64,000 bases of DNA, from contig OY759353.1 in NCBI GenBank assembly GCA_963662315.1, positions 3,552,001 through 3,616,000 on the forward strand, read 5' to 3'. The stretch comes from Geopsychrobacteraceae bacterium (GTDB lineage Bacteria; Desulfobacterota; Desulfuromonadia; Desulfuromonadales; Geopsychrobacteraceae). The notes below the pieces were generated by a model. It saw only the letters and a list, made by a program, of their open reading frames with translations, was not told the origin of the DNA and did no database searches. This document shows positions 28,517 to 39,404 of the stretch, one piece after another. The translations under genes were made by a program, and so were the position numbers. Position 1 is the stretch's first letter; the number at the start of each line of letters is the position of its first letter.

Positions 28517-29722
28517 GTGATGAAGCACGTTCTCATCGTCGATGACGAAAAGAAATTTTTACTGAGCCTGACTCAAGGTCTGGCCAACAGGCTTCCCAAC
28601 CATACAATTCTGACCGCCCATGACGGGCTGGCTGCTCTGGCCATTCTTGATAATACCCCTGTGGATTTGCTGATTACTGATCTTAAAATGCCGGAAATGG
28701 ATGGTTTTGAGCTGTTGGTGGCTGTGAAGGAGCGTTTTCCGCATTTGCCGGTTATCGTCATGACCGCCTTCGGGACGCGCGAAATTGAAGAACAGCTCGA
28801 TCAGCTTGGCTCGATTCAGTACCTGGAAAAACCCACCGATCTTGAAATTATGACAGCCAAGATCAAAGAGGCTCTTAATGGTCGGGCCAAAGGTTTTGTT
28901 GAGGGGATTACCCTGCCAACCTTTGCGCAACTGATCGCGCTAGAGAAGAAAACCTGTTCTTTGAAGGTTACTGCTCATGAGCAAAATGGGACCCTGTTTT
29001 TTATCGAGGGTGCGCTGGTCGATGCACGCAGTGGGGCCTTGATGGGAGATGCTGCCGCGTTTGACATTTTTTCCTGGGAAGAGGTCGGCATTGAAATGTC
29101 TCCGGGAAAAACCAAATTAAGGCGTGTGATTCAATGCCCTTTGAATCAGATTTTATTGGAATCGATGCGGCAGCAGGACGAGAAAAAGCGTTACGCCAAG
29201 AAAGACAACATGTCAGAGCAACAGCAGCAGGGTAAGGTTACGCGTACGGGGCGGGACGTTTCCTTTGCAACAACCCGTCACGAAAATGTTGAGCACCATC
29301 AAACCAATCAAACGGAGGAGAAAATTATGGGTATTCAGGACAAACTGAAAGAGTTTGAAAGTATTGACGGGTTTGCCGGGGTTGGTGTGTTTACTCCGAC
29401 AGGGGAATCCTTGGCGATTATGACCGGTGATATGAAGGGGAATATGAAAGAATTGGGTGTCTTGGCCAATAATATGTTGCTCAGTGCTCAAAAGGCTTCC
29501 GTTGAAATGGGGGTGGGACGCGGAAAGCTGGTTCATGTTGAGACCGATACGGCCCATATCCTGGCGCGCTGCTTGAATGAGGGGAATGATCCGGTTAAGA
29601 CAGACCCGGGAAAGGCGCATATCCATATGGTTATTGCTTTAAATAACGATCACGGGATCGGTATGGCCAAGCTTAAAATTGAGAAACTGATCAAAAGTTT
29701 AGCCGAGGATTTCCGGATGTAA
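28517..29722 (+). CDS. Response regulator REC-DUF4388(PatA_N-like) fused in frame to a roadblock/LC7 (MglB-like) domain
   Basis: REC (IVDDE, DLKMP); GFVEGITLPTFAQLI..EKKTC.L.V...G.LFF.EG.LVDA; C-terminal MGIQDKLKEFESIDGFAGVGVFTPTGE with roadblock-like pattern. Confidence 0.75.
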   Translation: MMKHVLIVDDEKKFLLSLTQGLANRLPNHTILTAHDGLAALAILDNTPVDLLITDLKMPEMDGFELLVAVKERFPHLPVIVMTAFGTREIEEQLDQLGSIQYLEKPTDLEIMTAKIKEALNGRAKGFVEGITLPTFAQLIALEKKTCSLKVTAHEQNGTLFFIEGALVDARSGALMGDAAAFDIFSWEEVGIEMSPGKTKLRRVIQCPLNQILLESMRQQDEKKRYAKKDNMSEQQQQGKVTRTGRDVSFATTRHENVEHHQTNQTEEKIMGIQDKLKEFESIDGFAGVGVFTPTGESLAIMTGDMKGNMKELGVLANNMLLSAQKASVEMGVGRGKLVHVETDTAHILARCLNEGNDPVKTDPGKAHIHMVIALNNDHGIGMAKLKIEKLIKSLAEDFRM

Positions 29723-29749
29723 TGAGTCAGGCTGGACAATTGAATAAAG

Positions 29750-29786
29750 ACAAAAGCTCTCATGGATATTTCATGAGAGCTTTTGT
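29750..29786. terminator. Bidirectional terminator
   Basis: ACAAAAGCTCTCATG-N7-CATGAGAGCTTTTGT between convergent genes. Confidence 0.8.
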
Positions 29787-29790
29787 TTTA

Positions 29791-30261
29791 TCAGGTGCGG
29801 AGTGTTGCGATCAAGCGTGACGGCTTCAGTAACAGATTCAGGGCATTCACGATATCGGTTACCATAATATCGGCCGCCTGCAAGGCTTTTACCGCAACGC
29901 CTTCATGCTGGGCAAGGGCAATGCCCAATGCCGCTTCCTGTAGCATCAGGTGATCATTGTAACCATTCCCGATGGCGACAACCTGCTTGACTCCGAGGTG
30001 ACGGATATAGTCGGCTTTAGCCTTGGCCTGATGCTGAGTGGGGATAATGCTCAGGCTGCAAGGCAGGTGGGAGATTTGAGTGGCGACGCTACCGAAGGTG
30101 TCAGCGGTTATGACATGGATGTCCAGTTCTGGTGCCAGTTTGGCTAACGCGTGCTCCACCCCCTCAAGTAATTGACCGTCACGGGCCAGGGTACCGTTGT
30201 AGTCAAGAACCAGATGTTGCAACTGCAGCTGTTTAAAACCGGGGATAGCGATCATCAGCAT
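29791..30261 (-). CDS. HAD-family soluble P-type ATPase-like phosphatase
   Basis: LVLDYNGTLA, ITADTFG, IGNGYND. Confidence 0.85.
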   Translation of the reverse strand: MLMIAIPGFKQLQLQHLVLDYNGTLARDGQLLEGVEHALAKLAPELDIHVITADTFGSVATQISHLPCSLSIIPTQHQAKAKADYIRHLGVKQVVAIGNGYNDHLMLQEAALGIALAQHEGVAVKALQAADIMVTDIVNALNLLLKPSRLIATLRT

Positions 30262-30331
30262 CGGTTGTTTTTTGTAACCTCTCTTGAGCCGGCCTGAAAA
30301 CCACGAGACGATGTTCAGGCCGGTCTGCTAA

Positions 30332-31204
30332 TTATGGTTGCCAGATCTTCAGCAGGGCTTCGGCCATTTCAGCCGGGGAATCGGCAACACTTATGCCGCA
30401 GTCGCGCAGGAAAGCCTTTTTACTGGCGGCATCCCCTTTACCACCGGAGATAATAGCGCCGGCATGCCCCATCCGTTTCCCTTTGGGGGCTGTGGCACCG
30501 GCAATAAAGGCCGCAACCGGTTTGGTCATGCAGTCACGGACAAATTCTGCCGCCTGCTCTTCGGCGTTGCCGCCAATTTCGCCGATCATGATAACGGCTT
30601 TGGTTTCCGGGTCTTCCTCAAACATGTGCAGGACATCGAGAAAGTTAGTGCCGTTGACCGGGTCACCGCCAATACCGACGCAGGAACTCTGACCGATGTC
30701 GCGGGTCGTCAACTGCCAGACGGCTTCGTAGGTCAAAGTGCCGGAACGGGAAACAACACCGACGGGGCCTTTTTTGTGAATGTAGCCGGGCATGATGCCT
30801 ATTTTGCATTCTTCGGGGGTGATAACGCCAGGGCAGTTGGGTCCGATCAGGCGGGTGTTTTTGCCTTCCAGGTATTTCTTCACCTTGACCATGTCAAGAA
30901 CCGGAACCCCTTCGGTAATACAGATAATCAATTCAATGCCGGCCTCTGCCGCCTCCATGATGGCATCAGCACTGCCGATGGGCGGTACATAAATGACCGA
31001 TGCCGTTGCCCCCGTGGCCTGTACTGCATCCTTGACCGTGTTGAAAACAGGAAAGCCATCGATTTCCGTGCCCCCTTTGCCGGGGGTGACGCCACCCACC
31101 ATCTGGGTGCCGTATTCACGGGCGGTCTGGGCATGGAACAGACCTGTCGCACCGGTGATCCCCTGGGTGATAACCTTGGTATCCTTATTGATCAGTATGC
31201 TCAT
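30332..31204 (-). CDS. sucD: Succinyl-CoA ligase alpha subunit
   Basis: [45 protein letters not shown]. Confidence 0.98.
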   Translation of the reverse strand: MSILINKDTKVITQGITGATGLFHAQTAREYGTQMVGGVTPGKGGTEIDGFPVFNTVKDAVQATGATASVIYVPPIGSADAIMEAAEAGIELIICITEGVPVLDMVKVKKYLEGKNTRLIGPNCPGVITPEECKIGIMPGYIHKKGPVGVVSRSGTLTYEAVWQLTTRDIGQSSCVGIGGDPVNGTNFLDVLHMFEEDPETKAVIMIGEIGGNAEEQAAEFVRDCMTKPVAAFIAGATAPKGKRMGHAGAIISGGKGDAASKKAFLRDCGISVADSPAEMAEALLKIWQP

Positions 31205-31216
31205 GGTCTATTCTCC

Positions 31217-32380
31217 TTATCCGTTGACCGCTTTGACGATTTTTTCCGCAGCGTCAGCCATGCCATCAGCACTGACGATATTCAATCCCGATTCAGCCAG
31301 CATCTGTTTGCCCAGATCGACATTGGTTCCTTCCAGGCGCACGACCAGTGGTACAGCGACACCGATCTGTTTGGCCGCTTTGATAATACCGGTGGCAATG
31401 ACATCACATTTCATGATGCCGCCAAAGATGTTGACCAGAATCCCTTTGACCTTGTCATCGGAAAGAATAATTTTAAAAGCTTCGGTGACTCGTTCAATGG
31501 TTGCACCTCCACCCACATCAAGGAAGTTGGCGGGATCACCGCCATAGTGTTTGATGATGTCCATGGTGGCCATGGCCAGGCCGGCACCGTTGACCATGCA
31601 GCCGATGTTGCCGTCGAGAGCGATGTAGGACAGATCATATTGTGATGCTTCGATTTCCATCGGATCTTCTTCGTCATAGTCGCGCAGGTCACGAATGCGC
31701 AGATGGCGGAACAGAGCGTTGTCATCAAAGTTCAGCTTGGCGTCAAGGCACAGCAGTTTCCCTTCGGCCGTCAGTATTAACGGGTTGATTTCAAGCAATG
31801 AACAATCCGACTCGACAAATGTTTTGTACAGGTTCATCAGCAGCGGTACGGATTGTTTGACCTGGGGCATGGCAAAGCCAAGATTAAAGGCGACCTTGCG
31901 ACATTGAAACGGGGTCAGGCCAACGGTCGGATCAATGGCTTCAAAAAAGATTTTTTCCGGGGTGGTTGCGGCGACCTGTTCGATATCCATGCCACCTTCC
32001 GCCGAGGCCATCAGGGTGACTTTGTCGGTGGCGCGATCAACCAGGAATGAGACATAGAATTCATCGGCAATGTTACTGGCATTTTCAACCAGTACCCGCT
32101 TGACGATTTTTCCTTCCGGGCCGGTCTGGTGGGTGACCAGGGTCATGCCGAACATGGCGCGGGCATACTGTTTGACCTCGTCTGCTGTTTTTGCAATTTT
32201 GACTCCGCCTCCTTTGCCTCTGCCGCCGGCATGAATCTGGGCCTTGACTGCCCAGGGACCTTCCCCAAGGCGCCGCGCCCAGTCGCGGGCCGAGTTACTG
32301 TTGTAGACCACATGTCCATCTGGAACCGGAACACCAAAATTGCGCAGGATCGCTTTTGCCTGATACTCATGAATATTCAT
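31217..32380 (-). CDS. sucC: Succinyl-CoA ligase beta subunit
   Basis: [59 protein letters not shown]. Confidence 0.98.
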   Translation of the reverse strand: MNIHEYQAKAILRNFGVPVPDGHVVYNSNSARDWARRLGEGPWAVKAQIHAGGRGKGGGVKIAKTADEVKQYARAMFGMTLVTHQTGPEGKIVKRVLVENASNIADEFYVSFLVDRATDKVTLMASAEGGMDIEQVAATTPEKIFFEAIDPTVGLTPFQCRKVAFNLGFAMPQVKQSVPLLMNLYKTFVESDCSLLEINPLILTAEGKLLCLDAKLNFDDNALFRHLRIRDLRDYDEEDPMEIEASQYDLSYIALDGNIGCMVNGAGLAMATMDIIKHYGGDPANFLDVGGGATIERVTEAFKIILSDDKVKGILVNIFGGIMKCDVIATGIIKAAKQIGVAVPLVVRLEGTNVDLGKQMLAESGLNIVSADGMADAAEKIVKAVNG

Positions 32381-32561
32381 TGTGTCCTCTTATGGTTGGT
32401 GGAAAATAATAGAACCGTATTGCACCGCATCGAAAAGGAAAATATAAACGATATCATATGCTTTAGGTCTACCTGAGGGGGACGGTGAAGTCAAGGTGTA
32501 GACGGAATAAATTGGTATGTTTAAAACAGAGGTTTGGAATACTTGCCCGTCAAGCGTTAAT

Positions 32562-32594
32562 AAAAAAACCGGGCGTAATGTGCTCCGCCCGGTT
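32562..32594 (-). terminator. Rho-independent terminator after the transaldolase gene
   Basis: AAAAAAACCGGGCG...CGCCCGGTT. Confidence 0.7.
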
Positions 32595-32621
32595 GATTTG
32601 AAAGTTTTGAAGCAGCAAGAT

Positions 32622-33263
32622 TTATTTGGTTTTGTTCCAGTCGGCCAGGAACTTCTCAATCCCGGCATCGGTTAGCGGGTGTTTCGCCAGCTGAACCATG
32701 ACGCCGTATGGAATCGTGCAAATGTCTGCACCGATGAGGCCTGCGTTCAGAACATGCATGGGCGACCGGACTGAAGCGACAATAATTTCCGAAGTATAGC
32801 CATAGTTATCGTAAATGGTGCGGATCTGCTCAACCCCATCCATGCCTTCTTGAGCGATATCATCAAGACGACCGACAAATGGCGATACGTAGGTGGCCCC
32901 GGCTTTGGCCGCCAGCAACGCTTGCAATGGCGAAAAGATCAGGGTGACATTGGTTTTAATTCCGTCCTGGCTGAACTGTTTCGTGGCTTTCAGTCCTTCG
33001 GTCGTCATCGGTACTTTGACGACGATGTTATCATGAATTTTTGCCAGTTCGCGCCCTTCCTTCAGCATTCCTTCAGCATCAAGGGCGATGACTTCAGCTG
33101 AAATCGGACCGTCGACAATACTGGTAATCTCGGTAATAACGTCCTTGAAGTCACGGCCACTTTTAGCAATCAAACTGGGATTGGTGGTGACGCCGTCGAC
33201 CAGCCCCAGGTCGTGGGCGGCACGGATTTCTTTAACTTCAGCGGTATCGATAAAAAACTTCAT
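32622..33263 (-). CDS. tal: Transaldolase (small, fsa/TalC family)
   Basis: [46 protein letters not shown]. Confidence 0.93.
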   Translation of the reverse strand: MKFFIDTAEVKEIRAAHDLGLVDGVTTNPSLIAKSGRDFKDVITEITSIVDGPISAEVIALDAEGMLKEGRELAKIHDNIVVKVPMTTEGLKATKQFSQDGIKTNVTLIFSPLQALLAAKAGATYVSPFVGRLDDIAQEGMDGVEQIRTIYDNYGYTSEIIVASVRSPMHVLNAGLIGADICTIPYGVMVQLAKHPLTDAGIEKFLADWNKTK

Positions 33264-33283
33264 GGTTGAGCTCCTTTACGCGT

Positions 33284-33535
33284 TTATTTTCGCTGGGCTT
33301 TTTTGAACTCCTGCAGGCATTTACGGGAACAGAAGTAATAGTCCCGGCCGTTGACTGTTGCCCGGATGGCATCTCCCTGAGGCAGATAGGTTCCACATTG
33401 CGGGTCTTCGACCATGGTTTCCCCTTCACGACGATGATTTTTCGGGGGGGACTGGCGGCCCGAACGAATTCTGAATGAAGTAACGAATGAATAGACTACA
33501 AAGCCGACCAGGGCCAGCATCAATAATTTGATCAT
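33284..33535 (-). CDS. Small membrane-anchored YHS/TRASH-domain protein
   Basis: N-terminal TM, MVEDPQCGTY...YYFCSRKC. Confidence 0.8.
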   Translation of the reverse strand: MIKLLMLALVGFVVYSFVTSFRIRSGRQSPPKNHRREGETMVEDPQCGTYLPQGDAIRATVNGRDYYFCSRKCLQEFKKAQRK

Positions 33536-33539
33536 CAGT

Positions 33540-34037
33540 TCACCATGTCTGGTTAAGCTTTGAAATACCCTCTGCGGGGCCGAGTACTGCCAGAATTTGG
33601 GCCATATTTTGGTCGCTGACCGGGTGGCGTAAATCAGGAGCCAGGTCACACAAGGGCAGCAGAACAAAATGCCGTTGGTGTAAGCGCGGGTGTGGCAGAG
33701 TCAGAATAGCGCTGGACCAGACAAGGTCTGCATAGAGCAGCAGATCAATATCCAGGGTTCTGGGCCCCCAGCGCACCGAACGTTGCCGGCCACCATCATG
33801 TTCAAGTTGTTGACAGAATTTCAGCAGCGCTAATTCTGACAGGCTGGTTTCTATGGCTAGCACCGCATTAACATAATCCGGTTGCCCGGATGGACCACCG
33901 ACTGCCGGGGTCCGGTAAAGTGGTGAGCCCGCCACGATCCTGATCTGTGCATGGCTGGCCAACTGCTGCCGGGCCTGACGGAAAAGCACTACGGGATTTC
34001 CGATGTTTCCGCCAAAACCGAGAAATGCTCGACTCAT
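33540..34037 (-). CDS. folK: 2-amino-4-hydroxy-6-hydroxymethyldihydropteridine diphosphokinase
   Basis: FLGFGGNIG, QPDYVNAV, RWGPRTLDIDLL, LPHPRLHQRHFVL. Confidence 0.95.
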   Translation of the reverse strand: MSRAFLGFGGNIGNPVVLFRQARQQLASHAQIRIVAGSPLYRTPAVGGPSGQPDYVNAVLAIETSLSELALLKFCQQLEHDGGRQRSVRWGPRTLDIDLLLYADLVWSSAILTLPHPRLHQRHFVLLPLCDLAPDLRHPVSDQNMAQILAVLGPAEGISKLNQTW

Positions 34038-34156
34038 TTGTTGTCCTGTCATAATCTGAGGCATTAAAGCATAGAGATTCGCTAAAATCAATTTGTATGG
34101 AAGTCCTGATCCGGAACCGGGTCTGGCGACGAGACAGGAGCAGGAAAGAACTGACC

Positions 34157-34546
34157 ATGACGCTTAACCTGACCATTGGTGTGACTGATCTTGACAAGAG
34201 TGAAGCCTTTTATCGTGATTTACTTGGCCTGCAGGTATTTTCTGCGCATAGGGATCAAGGTGGTGGCTATCTGCTGGTGGATTGCGGTAACTGTCAGCTG
34301 GTACTGCAACCGGTGACCACGTTGATGGCGACCCATCCCGTGCTGTTTCAGAATTTTTCCCGTCAGCAGCCGGGCAACGGTGTCCAGTTTGAATTGACCT
34401 GCTGCAATCTGGATAAGGTGATGAAACAGTTAGAGAGGCACCAGTGGCCGGTTCATTATGAGCTGGATGATCAGGAACATGGTCGCCGTGAACTGTGGGT
34501 ACAGGACCCGGACGGCTATCTGCTGGTTCTCAATCAGGAATACTGA
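34157..34546 (+). CDS. VOC/glyoxalase family protein
   Basis: VTDLDKSEAFYRDLLGL, GRRELWVQDPDGY. Confidence 0.85.
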   Translation: MTLNLTIGVTDLDKSEAFYRDLLGLQVFSAHRDQGGGYLLVDCGNCQLVLQPVTTLMATHPVLFQNFSRQQPGNGVQFELTCCNLDKVMKQLERHQWPVHYELDDQEHGRRELWVQDPDGYLLVLNQEY

Positions 34547-34581
34547 TCTGGAAAAGGCATTTCAGGAAGAAGGTGCCCACA

Positions 34582-34640
34582 GGGGAGGATGAGGGGGGGG
34601 ACGTGCTGTTTCCCCCCTCCCTCAGGGAGGGGGGGGATTG
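34582..34640. repeat. G/C-tract palindromic REP-like element between convergent genes
   Basis: CCCCCCTCCC-TCA-GGGAGGGGGG hairpin with flanking G tracts. Confidence 0.45.
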
Positions 34641-34678
34641 GTAAATCATTCGGTGTGCAATGGTTCGGTTGCCGATAA

Positions 34679-35950
34679 TCAGGCGTAACCTTCCGGCTGG
34701 CCGAGCATGCCGCGGGTGACCAGCACAATTCCTTTACTGGTAATGCGAAAACCGTTTCTTTTATCGATTTCAGGGTCGTAGCCGATCACTGTACCAGCAG
34801 GAATCTCGCAACCACGATCAATGATGGCGCGGCGGATTTTACAGTTGCGGTTAACGACTGTTTCCGGCAGCAGAACTGTTTCGTCGATGTTGCAGTAGGA
34901 ATGGACACGGACGTTGGAGAACAACAGTGTCTTATTCAGTTGGGAACCGGAGATGATACAGCCTCCCGAAACCGTCGAATCGACGGCCATGCCGCGGCGA
35001 TGATCGTCGTTAAAGACAAATTTGGCTGGCGGCAGGTGCATCTGGTAGGTCCAGATCGGCCAGTCTGGATCGTACAGATTCAATTCCGGAGAGGGGGAAA
35101 TTAACTCCATGTTAGCTTCCCAGAAGGCATCCAGGGTTCCGACATCGCGCCAATAGGCACGCCCGCCGGTTTCCGGATCGCGAAACGGAAAGGCGTAGAC
35201 ATCATGATCTTTGATTATTGAGGGGATGATATTTTTACCGAAGTCGTGCTCTGATTCAGGATCTTTACCATCGCGCCTGAGGTTTTCGAAAAGAAAATCG
35301 GTATTGAAGATGTAATTTCCCATCGATGCCAGAGTCATTCCCGGTTCCCCTGGAATGGGAGCCGGATTCTGCGGTTTTTCCTGAAAACCGATAATTTTGT
35401 TGTTCTCATCAACTTCCATAACACCGAAGGCACCTGCAGCTTCTTCGATAGGTACCTCAAGACAGGAAACAGTCATATCCGCACCCGATTCGACATGTTG
35501 CAGCAGCATGGAGCGGTAATCCATGGTATATACGTGGTCACCGGAAAGAACGAGCACATATTTCGGTTTCTCGGCACGAATAATATCGAGATTCTGATAT
35601 ACGGCATCGGCTGTCCCAAGATACCACTCATCGTTAAAACGTTGGGACGCGGGGAGAACTTCGACAAATTCACCCAGTTCTTTCTTAAAGTGGCTCCAGC
35701 CGCGCACCAGATGGCGGATCAGGGAGTGGGACTTGTACTGGGTCAGGACTCCGATTCTGCGAATTCCTGAATTAATGCAGTTGGACAGGGGGAAATCGAT
35801 AATCCGGTATTTTCCGCCAAAATAAACGGCAGGTTTGGCGCGCCAGTCGGTCAGCTCGTAAAGGCGAGATCCACGGCCTCCGGCGAGAACCAGGGCGAAC
35901 GTATCTTTAACCAGGTGATCAACATAGCGGTAAACAATGTGATTGGACAT
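34679..35950 (-). CDS. glgC: Glucose-1-phosphate adenylyltransferase
   Basis: [70 protein letters not shown]. Confidence 0.97.
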   Translation of the reverse strand: MSNHIVYRYVDHLVKDTFALVLAGGRGSRLYELTDWRAKPAVYFGGKYRIIDFPLSNCINSGIRRIGVLTQYKSHSLIRHLVRGWSHFKKELGEFVEVLPASQRFNDEWYLGTADAVYQNLDIIRAEKPKYVLVLSGDHVYTMDYRSMLLQHVESGADMTVSCLEVPIEEAAGAFGVMEVDENNKIIGFQEKPQNPAPIPGEPGMTLASMGNYIFNTDFLFENLRRDGKDPESEHDFGKNIIPSIIKDHDVYAFPFRDPETGGRAYWRDVGTLDAFWEANMELISPSPELNLYDPDWPIWTYQMHLPPAKFVFNDDHRRGMAVDSTVSGGCIISGSQLNKTLLFSNVRVHSYCNIDETVLLPETVVNRNCKIRRAIIDRGCEIPAGTVIGYDPEIDKRNGFRITSKGIVLVTRGMLGQPEGYA

Positions 35951-36157
35951 GAAACCTCCTCGGCAGTTGAATGGCATGGGGTGAGGCCCGATGGAAGAGA
36001 AAACAGCTCTATAAAAGATAGTCTCTTTTTCTGTTGCCAGCAACATCACCTTAATAAATATTTACAAATATCCATTCTTTCTTAGTGTTGGAAAATTTCC
36101 GCCTGTGGATCTTCAGTGTTTTTCCGGGCCAATTCATTGCAGGATCTTACACCGGAG

Positions 36158-37030
36158 CTATTTGCTTATAGCTGCATTCAGATGTGGTTGCTTTCCCCAG
36201 CGCTCATGCAGGATCAGGGAAAAGAGCAGGACCACGCCACCAATACTCAAACGCACCAGATCCGCATCGCGGTTCCAGATCAGCAGGTTGACAATCAGGC
36301 CGGCAGGGATCAGGGCGTTATTCATGATCGCCAGGGTTCCGGCATCGACCTTGGTTGCTCCTTTGTTCCAGAAAAAATACCCCAGTCCTGAAGCCACAAC
36401 TCCCAGATAGGTGAGAATACCCCACTGCAGCGAAGTGGTTGGCAGTTTTGCCGGGTTGCCAAACAGGAACCAGGTGATGATGGTGACGACCAGCGCACCA
36501 AGATAGAAATAACCGAAGATGGAACGTTGTGACAGGGACGGCTGCTCTTTGGCCAGCAGTACTTTGTAGCCAACCTGTCCCAGGGCAAAGCAGATATTGG
36601 CACCTTGAACGACCAGGAAACCAGTGAAAATTTGATCGCCGATCCCATTGTAACGGATGATTCCGGCACCCAAAACCGCCAGCAGCGCCGTTGCCAGGTA
36701 TCTGGCGCTGAATCTCCCCTGCAGCAGATCAAAAATCAGGGTGACATAAACGGGGGTCAGGATGGTGAAAATAAGAACTTCCGGCACGCTCAGCAGCAGA
36801 AACGACTGGTAGTAGAAAACATACATGAAGCCCAGCTGGATAGCTCCCAGAGCCATCATCTTCACGGCCAGTTTGACTGGTGCCGGGCGTAAAAACGGTA
36901 GAAATACAATTGCTGCCAGGGCGACCCGGGTTAAAACGGAAAAATAAGCATCAACCTGCCCGGCCAGATAAACACCGATCAGACTGAATGAAAAAGCCCA
37001 CAAAAACGTAATTGCTGTTAAATACCACAT
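36158..37030 (-). CDS. EamA/DMT transporter, YigM(BioP)-like
   Basis: LWAFSFSLIGVYLAGQVDAYFSVLTRV and ten hydrophobic segments; closely resembles E. coli YigM as recalled. Confidence 0.85.
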   Translation of the reverse strand: MWYLTAITFLWAFSFSLIGVYLAGQVDAYFSVLTRVALAAIVFLPFLRPAPVKLAVKMMALGAIQLGFMYVFYYQSFLLLSVPEVLIFTILTPVYVTLIFDLLQGRFSARYLATALLAVLGAGIIRYNGIGDQIFTGFLVVQGANICFALGQVGYKVLLAKEQPSLSQRSIFGYFYLGALVVTIITWFLFGNPAKLPTTSLQWGILTYLGVVASGLGYFFWNKGATKVDAGTLAIMNNALIPAGLIVNLLIWNRDADLVRLSIGGVVLLFSLILHERWGKQPHLNAAISK

Positions 37031-37254
37031 CTAAAATTCCTTCTTATAAAACCCAATTTCAGCCGTAATCAATCGCTGAAGGCATCATGCCGTGAATGAA
37101 CATTTCTCGTCAACCTAAAAATATTTATTGGTTGACTAGTGAAGGAATCTTTTCTGATCTGCACTGTCAGCCGATCTCTTTATCAGGAAATGTCGCTAAA
37201 AAAGACCAGCTTGAAGTAGAAATTGCCGATAAAAGGGCTGCCGCCAAACAGAAT

Positions 37255-39192
37255 TCAGTCGGTTTCAGTGCGGTTACGGCCAAGATGTTTTGCCCGGTAG
37301 AGTGCCGTATCGGCACGTTGGATAATGGTGTCGATATTGTCCGATGTTGTGCTCAGGGTAGTTCCAAAACTTGCGGTCCGTTTGCCAACCTCTGAAAATG
37401 TATAGTTGGCAATTGCCAGGCGCAGATGTTCGGCAACTTCAAACAACCCTTCGGGGTTGGTTTTGGGGCAGATAATCATGAACTCTTCACCGCCCCAGCG
37501 ACCGATGGTGTCGGTTTTGCGGGTATGCTCCTTGAGTATGCCCGCAATCTCTTTCAAAAACTGATCTCCGGTCTGATGGCCATAGGTGTCATTGATCTGT
37601 TTGAAATGATCAATGTCCATAATGATGACCCCTACCTGATTTTCGAAACGAATGGCGCGGGCAAATTCATGGTCAAGAATTTCATCGAGCTTATGACGAT
37701 TGGCCAGCCCTGTCAGACGGTCGGTCAGGGCCAGGGTTTCCAGCAGCTCTGCTTCACGTTGATTCAACTTTTCACGAATTTCCAGCTCAATCAGTTGGCG
37801 CGTTTTGGCGTTGAGAGCTTTGATCATGGCATTGAAATTTCTCTTCAGGGTATCAATTTCCTCTAACCCAACATCGTGGAGTGGTGTGGTGGCCATATGA
37901 TCGCCGAGGTCGCAGGTGGCGTCAGAGAGCTTTTTAATCGGGGTGGCGATCAGGGTGGCCAACCGGATGGACTTGCGGCGCAGGTACCAGAAAAACAGGG
38001 CATAGAAAAACAACATGGAGATAATCGCGAAAATTCCCAGTTGATAGGTTAACTCTTCCAGGGAATAAATTTTCTTAAAGATCAGTGATTTATCCACCAG
38101 GGTAAAGAGCCGCCATCCAGTCTGAGGAATAATCTCCTGGCTGGTCAGGTAGGCTGTGCCGTTGATGTCGATTTCGCCGGTAGGTTGTTGTTTAAGAAAG
38201 ATTTCCCGCAGTTGCTGAAGGGCTGGGAACTGCGCTGGGGACAACAGGTTGTTTGCCGCACTCGGGTCCAGGATTTCGGAACTCTGGGTATCGGCATGTT
38301 CTTGCAACTCGGGCAGGTTCAGAAGTTTGCTGGTTTTGGGTAATGCGGCAAGGATACGCCCGTCCCCAGAAGCCATGAACGTCTGGGCGTCCCAGTGCAA
38401 CTGAAGGTTAAGGACCTGATCAATAAAAATTTTGATGGTGACATCAAGGCCGCTGACCCCTTCCAGAAAGTTTCCCCGGTAAATAGGAATAATATTGGAA
38501 ATCATCCACCCCTGACCAGCCGGGTCCAGGTATTCTCCGGTCCAGACCGGTCCTCTCGTGGGATTATGCTGCTGATCCGCCAGATAGTAAAAGTTGTATT
38601 TGGTCACGTCAAGTGTCGGGCCGAATTGATCCGGGATATTGTCAATGTAAGGGTAAATGCGAATCATATTATCCCAGGTGTTTAAGTACGCCTGGGAGAT
38701 AACCGGGCTGATGTTCACGACAGAACGCATGAAAGTGTCGAGTTTCTCACTGCACCTGGCTTTATGGAACTGCGCCGCCTGAAGCTCTGTGTTGGCTGAG
38801 TAATAGAGCCCGCTGCCACCAGTATTCACATGTTTATAAAAAACCCCATTGGCATGGAAGCGGTAATTTGCGGCGTTGTCGGGGAGCAGACAGCGGCCCG
38901 TGGCAAGGTTCGCAAAAAAATCTTGGTGAGCCTGCTGCATAATAGCTGCATAGCGGGATACTTCGTTTAGCTGCGTGTCAATTTTGGCCGCTTCGCGCTG
39001 GGTGACCTCCTGCAGATGCTGAGCGACTTCCGTGAGCAGGGTGGTTTGATTCTGGCTGGAGATATAGCTGTTGGTTCCAAAATAAAGCATCAGCAAGACG
39101 AGCTCAATCATCAGGATCGGCACCAGTGCGCTGGTCAGATAGCTGCGGTAAATAACGGCCTGCAGATTACTGGAATGCTTCATAGGCATCAA
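37255..39192 (-). CDS. Diguanylate cyclase with periplasmic Cache sensor
   Basis: TM-Cache (WTGEYLDPAGQG)-TM-HAMP-GGDEF; TDRLTGLANR, DIDHFKQINDTYGH, RxxD I-site RKTD, GGEEF. Confidence 0.93.
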   Translation of the reverse strand: MMPMKHSSNLQAVIYRSYLTSALVPILMIELVLLMLYFGTNSYISSQNQTTLLTEVAQHLQEVTQREAAKIDTQLNEVSRYAAIMQQAHQDFFANLATGRCLLPDNAANYRFHANGVFYKHVNTGGSGLYYSANTELQAAQFHKARCSEKLDTFMRSVVNISPVISQAYLNTWDNMIRIYPYIDNIPDQFGPTLDVTKYNFYYLADQQHNPTRGPVWTGEYLDPAGQGWMISNIIPIYRGNFLEGVSGLDVTIKIFIDQVLNLQLHWDAQTFMASGDGRILAALPKTSKLLNLPELQEHADTQSSEILDPSAANNLLSPAQFPALQQLREIFLKQQPTGEIDINGTAYLTSQEIIPQTGWRLFTLVDKSLIFKKIYSLEELTYQLGIFAIISMLFFYALFFWYLRRKSIRLATLIATPIKKLSDATCDLGDHMATTPLHDVGLEEIDTLKRNFNAMIKALNAKTRQLIELEIREKLNQREAELLETLALTDRLTGLANRHKLDEILDHEFARAIRFENQVGVIIMDIDHFKQINDTYGHQTGDQFLKEIAGILKEHTRKTDTIGRWGGEEFMIICPKTNPEGLFEVAEHLRLAIANYTFSEVGKRTASFGTTLSTTSDNIDTIIQRADTALYRAKHLGRNRTETD

Positions 39193-39404
39193 CTTGTTGA
39201 TTAAATACAGTTACTTAACGAGTCACTAAAGTTTACTCTTTTTATCATAAATGTGCAAATGATAACTGTAACACCCTTAAACAAGGTGCTGGGCTGTTTC
39301 TCGGGACGCAGAAAAGGACAAATGAAACTGCCCGAGAAATTCATCCTTGGGACAAATTTTCGGGCAGTTATTATGACATAAGGAAGACTTTCGTTACGGG
39401 GCGG

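Noticed and set aside
30338..31645. 435-aa ORF on the + strand
   Set aside because: Antisense shadow of the highly conserved sucD/sucC genes; no recognisable motifs.
39290..39370. Possible c-di-GMP/GEMM riboswitch upstream of the diguanylate cyclase
   Set aside because: GGGACGCA is on the wrong strand and lacks the GGCAAAC/GNRA architecture. The AACTGCCCGA...TCGGGCAGTT stem is better explained as the MCP terminator.
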